Part shown: in pieces, positions 36,944-50,081 of the stretch | Layout: every line of letters begins with the position of its first letter | Numbering within the stretch: the stretch's first letter is position 1 | NCBI RefSeq assembly: GCF_018350175.1 | Contig: NC_058368.1 | Location: 231,448,001 to 231,512,000 of the forward strand | Length of the DNA stretch: 64,000 nt | Direction of reading: 5' to 3' | Origin: Felis catus | Lineage: Eukaryota | Translations under genes and position numbers: made by a program | The notes under the pieces: model-generated | Told to the model about the DNA's origin: nothing | The model's input: only the letters and a program-made list of their open reading frames with translations | Database searches by the model: none

Positions 36944-39089
36944 TTCTTACTCTGATTCCTAAGTGGGCAATGTTAGGGGAAGCCAATGGAAGAGTCAAAG
37001 TCTCTGCAGTCAGTACTCATTCAGTAGATACCACGCCGCCCAGATTCTCCTGAAAATAAGAGTGTATCTATTTCATGACCAGGAGAATCTGGAACTAAAA
37101 ATGATGATAATGCTCTTCAACAACCTGGTATTTGGAGCTCTCCTTAATGAGAAGAAAAGTACAAGGAAGCAGCTTCGTAAAAGAGAACTACTTTGAAGTG
37201 GTGCCCGGGTGTCTGGCCCTTAGCAGCCCCCAGGTTCAAATTGAAGTCACATTTTCTTTAACTCTCAGAGTGACACTACCTCAAACTTCCCCCTGCAGGT
37301 GCCTGCCCCCCCTGAAGCAATCTCCTGGGTATTTGGGAGGCTTCTGTGGATTTGGGATGGGCTCTCTCATGACCTTTATCCCCAGCCTCAACTCCTCGGA
37401 CTAGCCTACGGTCCTTGCCACCAGTGGCCCACGTGGAGAGTCCCCTCTGGTGGACACGGGCCTCCGTCTTTTGGCAAAGGCTAAAGGGCCTGTACTCCAC
37501 CCTGAGAAAGGGGTATCACTGACCGCCTTTGCCTCTCTGTCTCCGACATAAATCAAGCCCTTCCATTTAGAGCCCACAGTTGAAATCGGGCTGCGTTGGT
37601 AAGGTTCTACTGAATGTCTATGGGTAAATGATAGAAAGTACAATACCAAGAATAGTTAACAATGGTTATGAGATGTGGTTTTCAGAGGGAAGTCACCTCC
37701 CCACCCCCGCATGCATTATATGCACACATTCAAAGTCCATCCGCTACAAGGTCAAAGAGAAGATGGTGTTCCCCTTCACCTCATTGTAAACTTCCTCTCT
37801 GAAGTCTGCATTCTGTGTTCCCATATCTCCCTCTTCCCAGGGGAAGGGATGCTGGTGAGGTACACTCATCCTAACAGGAACTGCTCATGTCTCACTCCAA
37901 GGGGCCCCAAAGATAATCATTTCGGAAGAGGACAGTTCAACACCAGGATATTCACCAATGTTGCGGGTGGTTCATGCAAATAAGGCCAGCACACGTGTTA
38001 ACAGTCCTATGCAGCTTTCGTCTTGCCAAGCCAAATTTACTTCCTTTTATAGTCTAGACTCCAGCATTAGGGAAAGACCCATGTCTTCACAATTTTCTTG
38101 AAGTTCCAGGTCTCAAGTTAGAAGATCCAGGGTTTTATTGGGAAAGATTGACATAAATTCTTGATAAGCTATAGTTCTTTCTAAAATTCTTAACCAAATC
38201 ACGACTAATTTCTTTCCTTTCTTCTTCCAGTGAGAAGTCAACAGTGAGAGGTACGATTCAAACTCAGTCCTTTAGAATCTGGTTTTGCACCAGGTCACCT
38301 CACAGTTTTCCCTTGGAACCATAGGTAGGCACTCACTCTGTATCTGAGGAGTCAGAAGGATGTGTGCGAACAAATGAGCCACCCCCTAGCTTGTTCCTTT
38401 TGAGAACGTTCTACGGTTCTAGAAACCTCAGAGTTGAGTTTTGCATAGGCCACCTTCTTACACAGATATCAAGGGCTGTATTTCACAGACTGTGTGATCT
38501 TAACAAAAATCTTTTCAGATAGGTGAAGGGTCAATTTTTAATTCCCTGAAGCTAAACTGAAGACGAGAGCATTTAAAATTGTAGCTGGCCAGGCTTTACG
38601 TCCGGAATTTCAGGGTGTGTGCTCCAGCCTTGGTTGGTGCTGTTCTCCGTGATACCTCCTGGGCATTTTAATGTTCAAAAGTCCTAAATCCTGAAGAGGA
38701 TGAGTGATATACTAATTCTGTGTGTGGATAGTGCTTTGCATTTCGTTGTAGAGCCGTGTCGTCCTCCCAGTTTTATGTGGCTTGTCCATGCTTCCTCCCC
38801 GGAAGAGTTTAGTTCCCTTCAGGAATACTCATGAGTCACCGTGTTAATGATGGTAGCAGGCTCAAGAGGCTTCAGAGATGAGAGCCATGGTCCCTGCAAT
38901 GACTCATGGAATGATAGCAAAGGCAGATTTACAAACAAATGAGCACGACACAGAATAAACACTGTTAATAGTGGGATGTATACGTTATGCAGCAAAGCAT
39001 ATGGTGGCATTCTGCCTGGCTAAGTTTCAGTGAAAGCTAAAAGGAGGAAGTTTTTCCTTTTTCTTTTTGAAATTAGGAAGATGAGAAGA

Positions 39090-39900
39090 TCTTCCTAAAT
39101 TAGTAGGGGAAGCTTTTCTAAACATGGAGAATATGAGCGAAGGCCTGGAAATATCCGAGAAGGAACAGACTCCTCTGTCTAGATTGGAAGGTGGAGAGGC
39201 TGGAAAGGTAAACCAGGGCCATTTTCCCAGGGTCTCGAATGCCACGTGAAGGAGGGTTTGCCTTATTCGATAGGTGATGCAAATTCTCAGGTACTTAGGA
39301 GTCTGTGCGGCAGAGAGGACCAAGAAAATATGTGCTTCCTCTCTCAGGATGTGGAGGTCTCACTGACAAGGGGCTGCAGGAAGGGCCACGCAAATGGTTC
39401 TCCAGTGCAGTAGGAGCGGAAGTAAAATTGGGCTTCCTCATCAGAAAGCGGGACGTGTGATTCTAGGCTGAAGGCAATGGGGAGAAGCTAGTTCTTGTGT
39501 GGATCTGGATCATCAGCATAGAAGTGATAGGGAAATTTATGTGCTACGAGAAGCGTGTTGACATAAATTCAAGGAATAGTAAGTAATATTTATGAGGTGT
39601 CAAGAGGAAAACTATCATGGCAGAGACCAAAAGGGGGTAGGGAGAGATGGAAAGGCCAGCTTCCTGTGAGGTGATAAGGTGGAAGATGGTGGAGGGAGGG
39701 TTTCAACAAAGAGGAAACAATCAACTGTAGGAGAGGTCCGGGAAAGCAGTGGCAGAAAACCATCCACCGGATTTGGCAATTAAAAAACGAGACGCTTCTT
39801 CCGAGGTGGAATGATTTTGGGGGAGGGAGAATGGCAGGGGTCGAGAACAAAAGGGCAGAGGAATGTTGAGCTTCCAGTTGGAGACAATCGTTTCATGAAT
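39090..39900 (-). mobile_element. Degraded L2 fragments
   Basis: Purine-rich L2-like phrases: agggtctcgaatgccacgtgaaggag, ccaccggatttggcaat. Confidence 0.55.
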
Positions 39901-40193
39901 ATTTAATGGTACGAATGCATATGTACTAAGGACTTACGTCTATACTCATCAATTACTCTGAGCTAATTATGTGATCTGAGCAACATAAAAATCCCTCCTC
40001 CCCCTCTTAAAATAGCTTCCCTCCTCTAGACTCTGGCAGTAGGCATATCTCTGCTCATTAGCTGGGGCCAGTGCAGTAATTTTTAGTGTTTGAAATGGTA
40101 GTGGTGTGTAGGGTAAGAAACACCTCTCTTAAAATTGTGAAAGACCCTATTCTCAGAGAGTGAAAAATCCACACGTAACTCTGACATAACCTG

Positions 40194-40823
40194 CGTATTC
40201 GTTTGCTGGGGCTGCCATAACAAACTACCCAGAGGGGGTGGTTTAAACAACAAAGATTTAATTTCTCACAGACTTCTCTGGAGGCCGGAATTCTGAAATC
40301 AAGATGTCCTCGGGGCTGGTTCCTTCTGAGGAATGTGGGAGACGGTGGTAGGCCTCTCTCCCTGGCTTGTAGATGGCCGTCCTCTCCTGTGTCTTTGCAT
40401 GGTTTCCCAATGTTCATTTGTGTATCTGTGTCCAAATTCTGTTTTTTTTAAGTTTATTTATTTTGAGAGAGACAGAGTGTGAGTGGGTGAGGGGCAGAAA
40501 GAGGAGAGAGGGAGAATCCCGAGCAGGCTCCGCATGGTCAGCACACAGAGCCCGATGCGGGGCTCAAACTCATGATACTGTGAGATCATGACCTGAGCTG
40601 AATTCAAGAGTCAGATGCTTAACTGACTAAGCCACCCACGTGCCCCCAAATTCTGTTTTTATATAAGGACACCAGTCATATGGAATTAGAACCTCATTTG
40701 AAATAATCTCATTTTAACTTAGTTACTCTTTAAAGACACTATCTCCAAATATAATCATATTCTGAGGTGCTAGGGTCAGGACTTTATCATATGAATTTTG
40801 GTGACATAATTCAGCTCAGGGCA
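40194..40823 (-). mobile_element. MLT1A/B-like solo LTR, interrupted by a SINE
   Basis: gggctgccataacaaactacc...ggcttgtagatggccgtc [SINE] tataaggacaccagtcatatgga...atctccaaatataatcatattctgagg. Confidence 0.88.
40447..40645 (-). mobile_element. Can-SINE
   Basis: Perfect TSD ccaaattctgttttt (40432-40446 / 40646-40660). Confidence 0.95.
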
Positions 40824-41193
40824 TCCATCTTATGCAATAATCTGTAGGTGAGTATTTGGGGAGTTTTAGACACACTTAGAACCAGAGGCGGATTATCAAC
40901 ATGGGCCCAGGGAACGAGAGTGGGAAGCAGGGCCTTTCCTGTGTGGGAACTTCACTGTCTGCAGGACAGGATGCCTGGGGCAGCAGACATGGTTTCATCT
41001 CTTTGAAAGGTTTGTCTGTATCCTGACGACTTGATGTCACTATCCATAAAATCATTCCACAATCTCCTCTTGTCCTCACTGCGTGCTCATCAGTTTTTTC
41101 TTTATAATTTGACTGACTGTGTTGGAATCTGCAAGGAGGTGAGAATGTGCTGACCACAAGAAGTGAGTCTCATGGTGAGTGAAGAGTTCTTTT

Positions 41194-41299
41194 TAAATTT
41201 TTTTTCAAGATTTTATTTTTAAGCAGTCTCTACATCCAACGTGGGGCTCAAACCCACAACCCCGAGATCACCCTACCGACTGAGCCAGCCAGGTGCCTC
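41194..41299 (-). mobile_element. Short, older Can-SINE
   Basis: gcagtctctacatccaacgtggggctcaaac...gccagccaggtgcctc; TSD agtgaagagttctttt / agtatagagttctttt. Confidence 0.88.
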
Positions 41300-41797
41300 A
41301 GTATAGAGTTCTTTTGAGGTGAATTAAGAAACCATTGTTCTCATGTATGGATCAGCCTCTTGAGGACAGCTGGAGCCAGTCCCTGGGAGACATCTGGTGC
41401 CTGGCAGAGCTGGGGACCAAGTCACCTTCCCCAGTGCCCTTCTCCCAGAAATCTGGGCTCTGCCTGGTCTTCTCAGACAGCTTCTGTGGCTCTCTTCACT
41501 GCAGACGCAACACTTATGAATCCTTTTCATAAAGGATCTTGTGGGAGGACTTTGAACCATTTGCTAAAATTAGATTTTTGGATTACTGATGGCTTTTTAT
41601 TACCCATATGCTGTCTGTCTCCTGTTGCCACAAGTAATGGAAATGCGAAGGTAACTTGGCAGTGTTACACAGTGTTATCCATCATTGTGTATTTCCATGG
41701 TCTTTTGTGGTTTTGTTACTTTATGGTGGCATCTCATCAGACCAAGACCTCTCCCAAGAAATCGCTTGTTAAAAAAAAAAATCATTGTTATAGCCAC

Positions 41798-41820
41798 TGT
41801 GTGTGTGTGTGTGTGTGTGT
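41798..41820. repeat. (GT)n microsatellite
   Basis: Directly visible. Confidence 0.9.
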
Positions 41821-42354
41821 AGAGTGGCTGTTGTTGGAAATGCCTACATTCAAGATGGCCTTTCTTCCCCTCCCCCACAGGTGTTGAGCGTAGGATTCTC
41901 TTGCCCTGAGCGAGTGCAGTCTCTTTCTCTCTCACTCATGCTTCCCTTTCTCATTTACCTTAAGCGGGTCTTGTGCCCTGAAAGTAATTTTTTTGTTCAA
42001 TAAGCCTGACCCATAAATCCACTAGGAGTTATTAATGTTCTTATGACTTCTGCACAGACAGTGGCTGTATCTTTGACCTATGATTCAGTAGATATCTTCT
42101 GAATAGTAGAAAACTGGGATTGCAGAGGTGAAATATTTATATACTTTCCTTCACCCAAGATTTCAAGGACGAATAAGAAGGTGGATACATCCTGAAAAAA
42201 AGTCTAAAGGGCAATGGATATGAGCTACTTAAAGAGAATAAAGAAGCTAATAGAATGTCATTAATGATTCCTTTGAAGAACTAAAGGTATAAGATTGTTT
42301 CTGTGCATTGTATTAGTAAATTTTTGTACTTTCAATATTAAAATACCTTTTGAT

Positions 42355-42378
42355 TCTATCAGTCAGCGTTCTCCAGTA

Positions 42379-42426
<48 letters not shown>

Positions 42427-42829
42427 AGTGTGTGTGTATACTGCCAAGTTCAAAATTTGTAATTCAAGTCTGAAGGCCATCAGGCTGGAGACCCAGGAAA
42501 GAGCTGAGTTAGGTCATGAACCTGAAGACTGTCATGCTATTAGGGGAAGAGCGGATGATGTCATAACTCAAGTCTGAAGGTTGTCTGCTGGAAGAATCCT
42601 TTCTTATTCCAAGGGGGTCAGTCTTTTGCTCTGGTAAGGACTTCATTTGGTTGGATAAGGCCCACCTACATTATGGAGGGAAACCTGCTTTAGTTAAAGT
42701 CCACCAATTTAAACGTAAATGTCATAAAAAAAAACCCAAAAAACCCTACAGAAACATCTAGAATAATATTTGATCACATATCTGGGCACCATGTTCCAGT
42801 CAAGTTGACACCTAAAATTAACCATCACA
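42355..42829 (-). mobile_element. MLT2-like solo LTR containing an expanded (TG)n at ~42378-42437
   Basis: atcagtcagcgttctccag...aggcccacctacattatggaggg...ccagtcaagttgacacctaaaattaaccatcaca. Confidence 0.88.
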
Positions 42830-42866
42830 GGAATATTCTCTGAAAGTATTAAAGCATTTTTATTGC

Positions 42867-43084
42867 GGGGCGCCTGGGTGGCGCAGTTGGTTAAGCGTCC
42901 GACTTCAGCCAGGTCACGATCTCACGGTCCGTGAGTTCGAGCCCCGCGTCGGGCTCTGGGCTGATGGCTCAGAGCCTGGAGCCTGTTTCCGATTCTGTGT
43001 CTCCCTCTCTCTCTGCCCTTCCCCCGTTCATGCTCTGTCTCTCTCTGTCCCAAAAATAAATAAACGTTGAAAAAAAAATTTAAA
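42867..43084 (+). mobile_element. Very young felid Can-SINE
   Basis: Perfect 16-bp TSD aaagcatttttattgc (42851-42866 / 43085-43100); nearly identical to the copy at 6537. Confidence 0.97.
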
Positions 43085-43257
43085 AAAGCATTTTTATTGC
43101 AACTGTATAGATAGTAGCCTTTTTTATTTTTGACAGGCTGGTTGACTTCTCCTATATAAATAGCAAAGAAGGGACAGTCCATGGTCAGGTAGAGTAGAAT
43201 CAGGCAGAATGACTCCTTTCTAGTTTTTCAGTGAAGTTTGAATTTTAGAACCCTTTT

Positions 43258-43452
43258 GGGGCACCTGCTTGGCTCAGTCAGTTAAGAGTCCAACTTCAGC
43301 TCAGGTCACGATCTCACGGTTCATGAGTTCGAGCCCCGCGTCAGGCTCTGTGCTGTCAGTTCTGTCAATGCAAAGCCTGTTTCAGATCCTCTGTCTCCCT
43401 CTCTCCCTCTGCCCCTACCCTGCTCACTCTCTCTCTCAAAGATAAATAAACA
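43258..43452 (+). mobile_element. Can-SINE
   Basis: ggggcacctgcttggctcagtcagttaag...; degenerate TSD tttagaacccttt / tttagagcccttc. Confidence 0.93.
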
Positions 43453-43519
43453 TTTAGAGCCCTTCTGAATGCATGCATTCAGTGTACGTCCACAAAGCAT
43501 GCATGGCTGTGTCTGTGTG

Positions 43520-43990
43520 TGTGCTCAGCTTCACCTAAGCCTTTAGAAAACTTTGGTTTGGATTCAAGGGCACTTATTGGGAAGAATAACCATTTGGGTG
43601 ATGATGCCATCTTATGTCAATTTGAACTTGAAAAAAATGACATTGTTCTAGAATCTGTAAGCTTCAACATCTGTATCAGTGATTTGAATGAAGATAGGCA
43701 GGTGTGCCTTATAATTGTTTGATATGCTGAATCTGGACTGGACAGAGGGTAAATAAGACCATAAGTGAGCGTCCAGGATAATGTGGAGAGGTTCAAATGT
43801 AGAACTGAATCTAAGTGGAAACTTACAAGAGCACATTAGTGATCCTATTCTTGGCTTCAGAAGCACTTCTGCAAACTGTAGGAAGGTGGGGTTGTGGCTT
43901 GGTAATGTGGGACGTGTAAAAAAGACTTAGGAGACTTGAGGTGACAGTGGATTTGGTGAATTGGCCAGAGCAAAGTGGATGCATTGAAGA
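43520..43990 (+). mobile_element. Ancient CR1/L3 LINE reverse-transcriptase relic
   Basis: Translation VLESVSFNICISDLNED resembles CR1 RT VLGPVLFNIFINDLDE; downstream KKDLG (43918-43932) resembles EKDLG. Confidence 0.6.
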
Positions 43991-45229
43991 CCTGAGCTGA
44001 GTTTGCTCATCAAGTCTGCATTGCCTGCTGGGGAGAGGGCACTGTGCTCACCAGAAAGTCACAGAACAATTGGCTACTTCATTTACTCATAACATCCTTA
44101 ACTGGCATTGCTAAAAGGGGCTTCCATTTAAAAATTGCTAGAAAGTAGAGTGCTTGGTGAGATATTTCCCTATGACCTTTCTTGTTACTGTCATGTTATT
44201 TAGAAAACCAGCACTCAGAATTTGCTTCCACAGTGGAAGTCTTTATAGTATAAACCCATTTGTTATGGCAAATGTATCTCTATTAGTATATTTTAGCTTA
44301 AATCAATTATATAAGTGCTTCGTAAGAACATTTATTTTGCCCAGTGTTTCACCAGCATCAAGGATTTTAGAAAGTGTTTGATCTTTCTTTTTCTGAAACT
44401 CTTACAAGAGTGATGGGTTTACTAAAATTTACAGTGAAGCTAACCTGATTACTCTGAGCTATTTTTAAGAGGATTAGACTATTCAAGGGCAGATGGATTC
44501 TAATCCCATGACTAATGTTTTGGCCAATAGAGTACAATGCTTTTTGATTATGAAAATTGGTTAGTAACCATCTCAGTATGCTCACCCTTTCCTGCTTATG
44601 ACAAACAGTACTAAAATGTTTCTCTTGGAACCTGGTTATAGATCAGCTCTATATTCCTGAATTAATCACTGTTTAGTGGGGCAAGTTGCCATGTTGCAGA
44701 AGGGACCTAGGGGTAAAGTTCTTTGGCTGTTGACAATGGCGGGTGACTCATTATAGCCAAATGTTTCCCATTATTTAATCAAGGTCGAATACAGAAAATG
44801 GAGTAGGGTTGTGGTGGTCATAATCATCTCAGAGGGATCTGGTCTTTGCCAGGAGAGAATTAAGTGTCCAGGTTGAAGTTTCCAAATGGTTTTTGTTTTT
44901 TGCCTAAAAGAAAGCAGCTTACTTGAGTTTCTTATCATCAGTGTGCTAAAATTCACAATGGTTACAAGTTTTAGGAGAGTGGTTACTGAACATGACTTCT
45001 CAAACAAAAGGGATATCTCACGGATTTGGTAACCAAATTGGTGGTCCCAAAGGCTTTTTAGTCTGATAAAAGAAAATTTGAGGATACTTTTGTACCAAAG
45101 GAAATCTGGAAATGTGGCTTCATTAGCAAAATACCAGATTTTCCTGAGAGATGTGGAGAGTTTATGAAGACAAGAGAACCGAATATTTGAAATCAGGACT
45201 GTATTGGTGAAGATAAACTCTTGCTCTGT

Positions 45230-46665
45230 CCTGAGCCTCCATTCCCCCTACTCGTTCCCTAATTGGATCCTTCACCATTGTTTACTAAGTGAGAGCACCA
45301 CCAGGTAGCTCAAGCCAGAACATCAGGCATCATCCTTTATACCTTCTTCTTGCAGAATTTTTGTATCCAATCAGTTGCTAAGTCCTACTGATTATATTTC
45401 CTAATAACCATCCTAGGGGTTCAGAATGAGAATTGCCCCAATATGTGCCATGTTGGCACGCAGATTATTTTGGTCTGAAACAATCAAGGCCCAAAGAAGC
45501 TTTGACCTTCCCCCTGACTGCCTAAAAGAATTTAAATAGAGGACCTGCTCCAGGAAGAGAGCTACCACATAGATAATTACATTATAATGTGAACCGGGGT
45601 GGTAGACAAGGAGGAACTTAGCAGAGGCCTGTTTGATCAGAGTCTATGTCCCATTGCTCTGTATGGCCTAGCAAATGTTTGCTTACCAAACATTCACTCT
45701 TTTTCATTTTCCTGTGAATTGTCTTCCTTCCCTTTGAAGTTCCGGACCCCTGCCCCCCCTTCTCCTTAGTTCAGGATGACACATATACCTCATTTTGCCT
45801 GTCTTTGGACTCTCTCATGTTTATGTGGAGTGCATAATTAAAGTTGATTTTTTTTTCCCCGTTGATCTGTCTCATGTCGACGTAATTCACAGACCAGCCA
45901 GAAGAAAAGTGTTTCCTCCCAGAACCATCCACTTGTCTCTACTCTCGCCACCATTTTGGGTGAAGCCACAATCATATCTTCTGTGGGTTTTAGAAGCAGC
46001 AGTCAAATTTGCCTCTTTGCCTCCACAAGCTCCCCTTCTCTCCCTTCAACTTCTTCTTGACCCTGCAGCAGAGTTGGGTTTTTAAAACCACATTTGACCA
46101 TGGTGTCCCCCTGTGTAAACCACTCAATGGCTCCCCATTGCTGTGAAGATCTAACCCCATCCTCACTATGACCCATGGGGCCTCCATTACTTGCCCGTTT
46201 GCTCCTGTGGCTTCTTCTCTCTCTGTGCTCCATGCTTCTCATTCTCTGCGCTCCATGCTACCCTTGCTTCAGTTTCTTGAACCGAGGCCTTCCAACTCAG
46301 AGCTTGCATGCACATTTCCTCTGCTTGGATCGTGCTCCTCCTGCTTCTACCTTCCAGACTTTTTCCATGCTGACACCTACTCATGTGTCAGCTCCCAAGG
46401 TGACGGCAGCTGCCCAAACTAGCCTTTCCCGGTGCAGCAGTCTGAGCTGCATCTCCTGGCCGTCTGCCCACATAGCACCCAGTACTTTTCCTGTGTGCAT
46501 CATTGCGATCAAATCATTGTTTAACTAGTTGTTTGGTGTCTCTCTCACCAGCTAAACTATAAGCTCCCCGGGGGCAGGTACTGTGTCTGCTGCTATGTTT
46601 CCTCTACACCAGAGCTCTGCTTGGACTCACTACCTTGATTCCCTGTTGAATAGAGAAATAAATGG
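45230..46665 (+). mobile_element. L2 3' region, split by a MER34-like LTR
   Basis: ctcaagccagaac, atccaatcagttgctaagtcct, aaccactcaatggctcccc, aaactataagctcc...gggcagg, tgttgaatagagaaataaatg. Confidence 0.75.
45411..45923 (+). mobile_element. MER34/MER39-like solo LTR (ERV1)
   Basis: aggggttcagaa...ccccaatatg...gattattttg...ccctttgaagt...gatctgtctcatgtc...tttcctccc; flanked by a repeated aaccatcc (45406-45413 / 45923-45930). Confidence 0.75.
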
Positions 46666-46919
46666 ACATTTGGGATGTGTGGTTACTGTGGCAGGGGGAG
46701 CTGTCCTACGAGCTAGAAAGCTCAGGAACGAGGAATATATATATACAGCTTGCGTGGCAGTGCCATGTGAGTGAATGTTAGCCCAGTGCATTTCTACTCT
46801 TCAGTTATCCATGGTCCTTTTGGTACATCTCTGCCACGCTGCAATCCTCCCTAAGGAAATGGGTGTTAATGAGCAGAGAGTAGAGAAAAGCAGGCAGGGT
46901 CCCTTTCTGGCTGGTGAGT

Positions 46920-47620
46920 TGTGAAAACTGAGTTTGGCACAGTAAAGAATATATCTGGTCTTTATGGCCAGTTCTTAGTATAAGAGTTCAAAACCTTTGG
47001 AATTTCCTGCATGATGAGAGTGTCTTTTGTTATTGGCAACGAGCCCTTTCCAACCACACTTGAGTTTATGCTAATGAGGTGACTCAAGGTGGGTGGGCCC
47101 TTGATATAAGATTAGGCTGGCCCACGCCTGAAAGACCTGGGGTCTGGGAGAGGAGAGGGGCTAGACATAGCTCTGCACATGGCCAGAGTTGTAATAAGAT
47201 CCCAGTAAGACTCTGGACACCCCACCTATTGGTATGCTGTGGTGATGGCGTGCCCTGACTCCCTGGGGAGAGGTCATGGGAACTTTACATCTGTGACCCG
47301 CCCCTGGCCAGTTATTGTCCCCTGCATCCCTGACATCTGGCTGTTTCTGAGTTATGTCCTTTAGTAGAACCTTAATAGTAAGTGCAGTGCTCTCCGTGAG
47401 CTCCTTGACTTGTTTTTGCAAGTTCTTGAACCTGAGGGGGTCACGGGATCCTCCGAATTTGTAGCCAGTCAGCGTGGGCAGCCCTGAAACATACACTTGC
47501 CATCTGAAGTGGGGGTGGTCTTCTGCAAATCTTTGCCCTTAACCCACGGAGTCTGCCCCGGCTCTGGGAGTTGAGCTGAATCGCAAGAGATCCGGCTGGT
47601 GTCAGAATTGGTGTCGGACA
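46920..47620 (+). mobile_element. MER21-like solo LTR
   Basis: aatatatctggtcttt...cctttggaatttcctg...ttgagtttatgctaatgaggtgactca...gctggtgtcagaattggtgt. Confidence 0.82.
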
Positions 47621-48207
47621 GTAAGAGAGAAGATTTAGGGCAGCGATCCCAACAGGTTTCCCTTCCTTTAGGGCCAGGACCACTGTCGTGGGGAAGCAGT
47701 GGGGCACAGATGTTGGCAGGCCCCTGAAAAGGGAGCCCCAGTGCCCTGCCTTCCTAAGGTAAGTGCCATCAGAGTCAGACCCCTCAGGTGGTTTTGTAGG
47801 ACACGAGAGCAGAGCAGCCTGTGTCTCCAGGTAGAAGATCCCAGGAAGGGGCTACCTGTCCCATGAAGACCTGAGGAAATTTCTCAGGTTTTACTCTAGG
47901 CGGTGGGAGCCGCCTGAACCTGGGGCTGCTGGAAGGACCTGGAAGGAGCAGGAAAGAGCCAGTGTGCTCACGAGGCGGAAAGTCAGATCACAAGGGGCTT
48001 TGGGGAATTGAGGGTGTGGGCGGGCTCTAGGGAATGCACATTTTAACCATGTGTGTGCATGAGTTTGTGCGTGCACATGTAAACCCTACGTCCCCTCTCA
48101 TTCTCTTGTTAAAATCTCTCAGTGCCTAATGCTTATATAATTTATGTCAAAAGCAGAACTGGAATCACATTTACCTACGTATATTATTATTTTGCCGTTT
48201 GATCTTT

Positions 48208-48618
48208 TGGGGCAGGAAGAATATCGGTCCCCCAAAGAGGTCCATGTCTAATCCCAGGAATTTGTGAATGTTATCCTATCCGACAAAAGGAACTTTCTAG
48301 ATGTGATTTAGGTAAGGATTTTGCGATGGAAGGTTATCCTAGATTATCCGGGTGGGTCCAGTGTAATCACAGGGGTCCTTATAAGAGGGAGGCAGGAAGG
48401 TCAGAGTCAGAGGAGGTGTGATGACAGAAGCAGAGGTCAAAGAGAGAGATTTGAAGATGCTGTATGCCTGGTTTCGAAGCTAGAGGGAGGGACCACGAGC
48501 CAAGGAATACAGGTGGTGTCCAGCCTCCAGAACTGCAAGATAATACATTTGTCTTTGTTGTTTTAAATCACGAAGGTTGCAGTCATTTGTTACAGCAGGA
48601 AGAGGGCATTAAAGCAAT
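48208..48618 (+). mobile_element. MLT1D-like solo LTR
   Basis: cccccaaagaggtccatgtctaatccc...gattatccgggtgggtcca...cctccagaactgcaagataatacatttg...tttgttacagcag. Confidence 0.88.
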
Positions 48619-48639
48619 CTTTCACTTAAAATATGTGAT

Positions 48640-48915
48640 AAACATTTTCCGTGTCCGTGGATGTATTCCTTTGGCCTCATTTTAATGACTCCCATGTTTT
48701 CCATTAAAAAGCTGTATCATAATGTATTTACTGATCATCTATGGCTGGACATTTAGGTTGCTTTCAGATTTCTTTTTTCTTTTTGCTACAGTAAACACCA
48801 ATGCAATTAATATCCTTGACATATGTCCTTCTGCTCTTCTCCGGTATTTCCTTAGGATCGATCTCTAGAAGTGCACTTCTAGGAAGTGCACATTTTAAAG
48901 GTTTGTGACACACAT
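48640..48915 (-). mobile_element. Old L1 (L1ME-like) fragment
   Basis: ggacatttaggttgctttcag...ttttgctacagtaaac...aatgcaattaatatccttgacata. Confidence 0.65.
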
Positions 48916-50081
48916 CTGACATTTGATTTGGGGGGCTGGAGACTTTCCAAGTCCGTTTGTTGATGACTGGGTCCTTCGCTTTCATTTATGAAAATAGGTC
49001 TGCTGAAATGGAGTGTCCCTTTATGTTTGAACCAATCCTTTCTTCTTCCATCTGCAAAGAGGAGAAAAGGAAGATGCTAAAATAGTGCCAGAAGGGGCCT
49101 GATTTCCCGACAGCCAGTGCGCAGGGTCCTATCCAGGAATACCGTGTAGGCAGCAGAGGCCAACATCTTGCAAGAGTTGAATCCATGAGTCACCCACACT
49201 TGAATACACCAATGGATTCTCTAAAATGTTTGCCTCTGTGTGGATATAAATTTGCCCACCGGCTCCTGGGGCTATGTTCAGGGACAGTGTACAATCCTCT
49301 GTGGGCACAAGGTGATGGCAACTGAATGCTGAGTGGAGAGGGGCTTGCTGTGAATTCCCAAGAGCATTTGTTACACATGCTAATCACATCTGTAGACACT
49401 ATTGCTTGAAAATAAAGACGCTACTAGAGTTAATCAGGGACAAAGGATTAATATGACAAGGGTGTTGCATTGGGAAAAGTGGCAATCAATCCAGAATTTG
49501 AAGAGTTGGGGTTTTAACTTGGAAATAAATGCATCATAGACATGTTTTTTTGCTTCTAAAATACCAAGGCTAACTCAGAAGTGACCAGGATGCAGGACGA
49601 GGAAGAGGGGAGAGAGAAATTCCAGGGGGTGGGAGAACATACGAAGATGGTAATTTGCCCAGTCTTAAATATGAGTTAGTTTCTCAGGTAACATGTTCTG
49701 GCCCGTTATGCCCTGTTATGAATGTCCCTGTCATGCATATTACCCTGGTGTTGTGAATAAGCTCTTTCAGGAAGTTTATTATTAATCACCTACGTATAAA
49801 CGGTATTAGCTGCTGTGCATTTTTAAGTAAATAGCCACAGATACACCCTCGAGGGACTGTTGACCACATAGCAAAGAGAGCCTATGTTTATAAAAAGCCA
49901 AAGAAATAAAAATCTGGATATTTATCTTTGTGTGAAATGTAAAGTTATTTTGGAATACCCAAATTTTGAATGTTTCAGTTTTCTTTTGCATATTTTGGGT
50001 GTTTGATACGGGGAACATCCGTTTTTCTTGTGTCTCCTCCTTAGGCGAAGCAGACCTGGAGGAAGGGGGTTATGATGCCCG

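Noticed and set aside
38207..38256. Possible 20-nt micro-exon (ttcttccag|TGAG...GAG|gtacga)
   Set aside because: Weak donor, length not a multiple of three, and no supporting context.
41360..41887. 175-aa plus-strand ORF
   Set aside because: Runs through an A-run and a (GT)n microsatellite; no homology recognised.
30199..47620. Two same-orientation MER21-like LTRs ~16 kb apart, as a possible provirus
   Set aside because: The copies are clearly divergent, there is no gag/pol/env-like sequence between them, and the interval holds older unrelated repeats (L2, CR1). They are independent solo LTRs.
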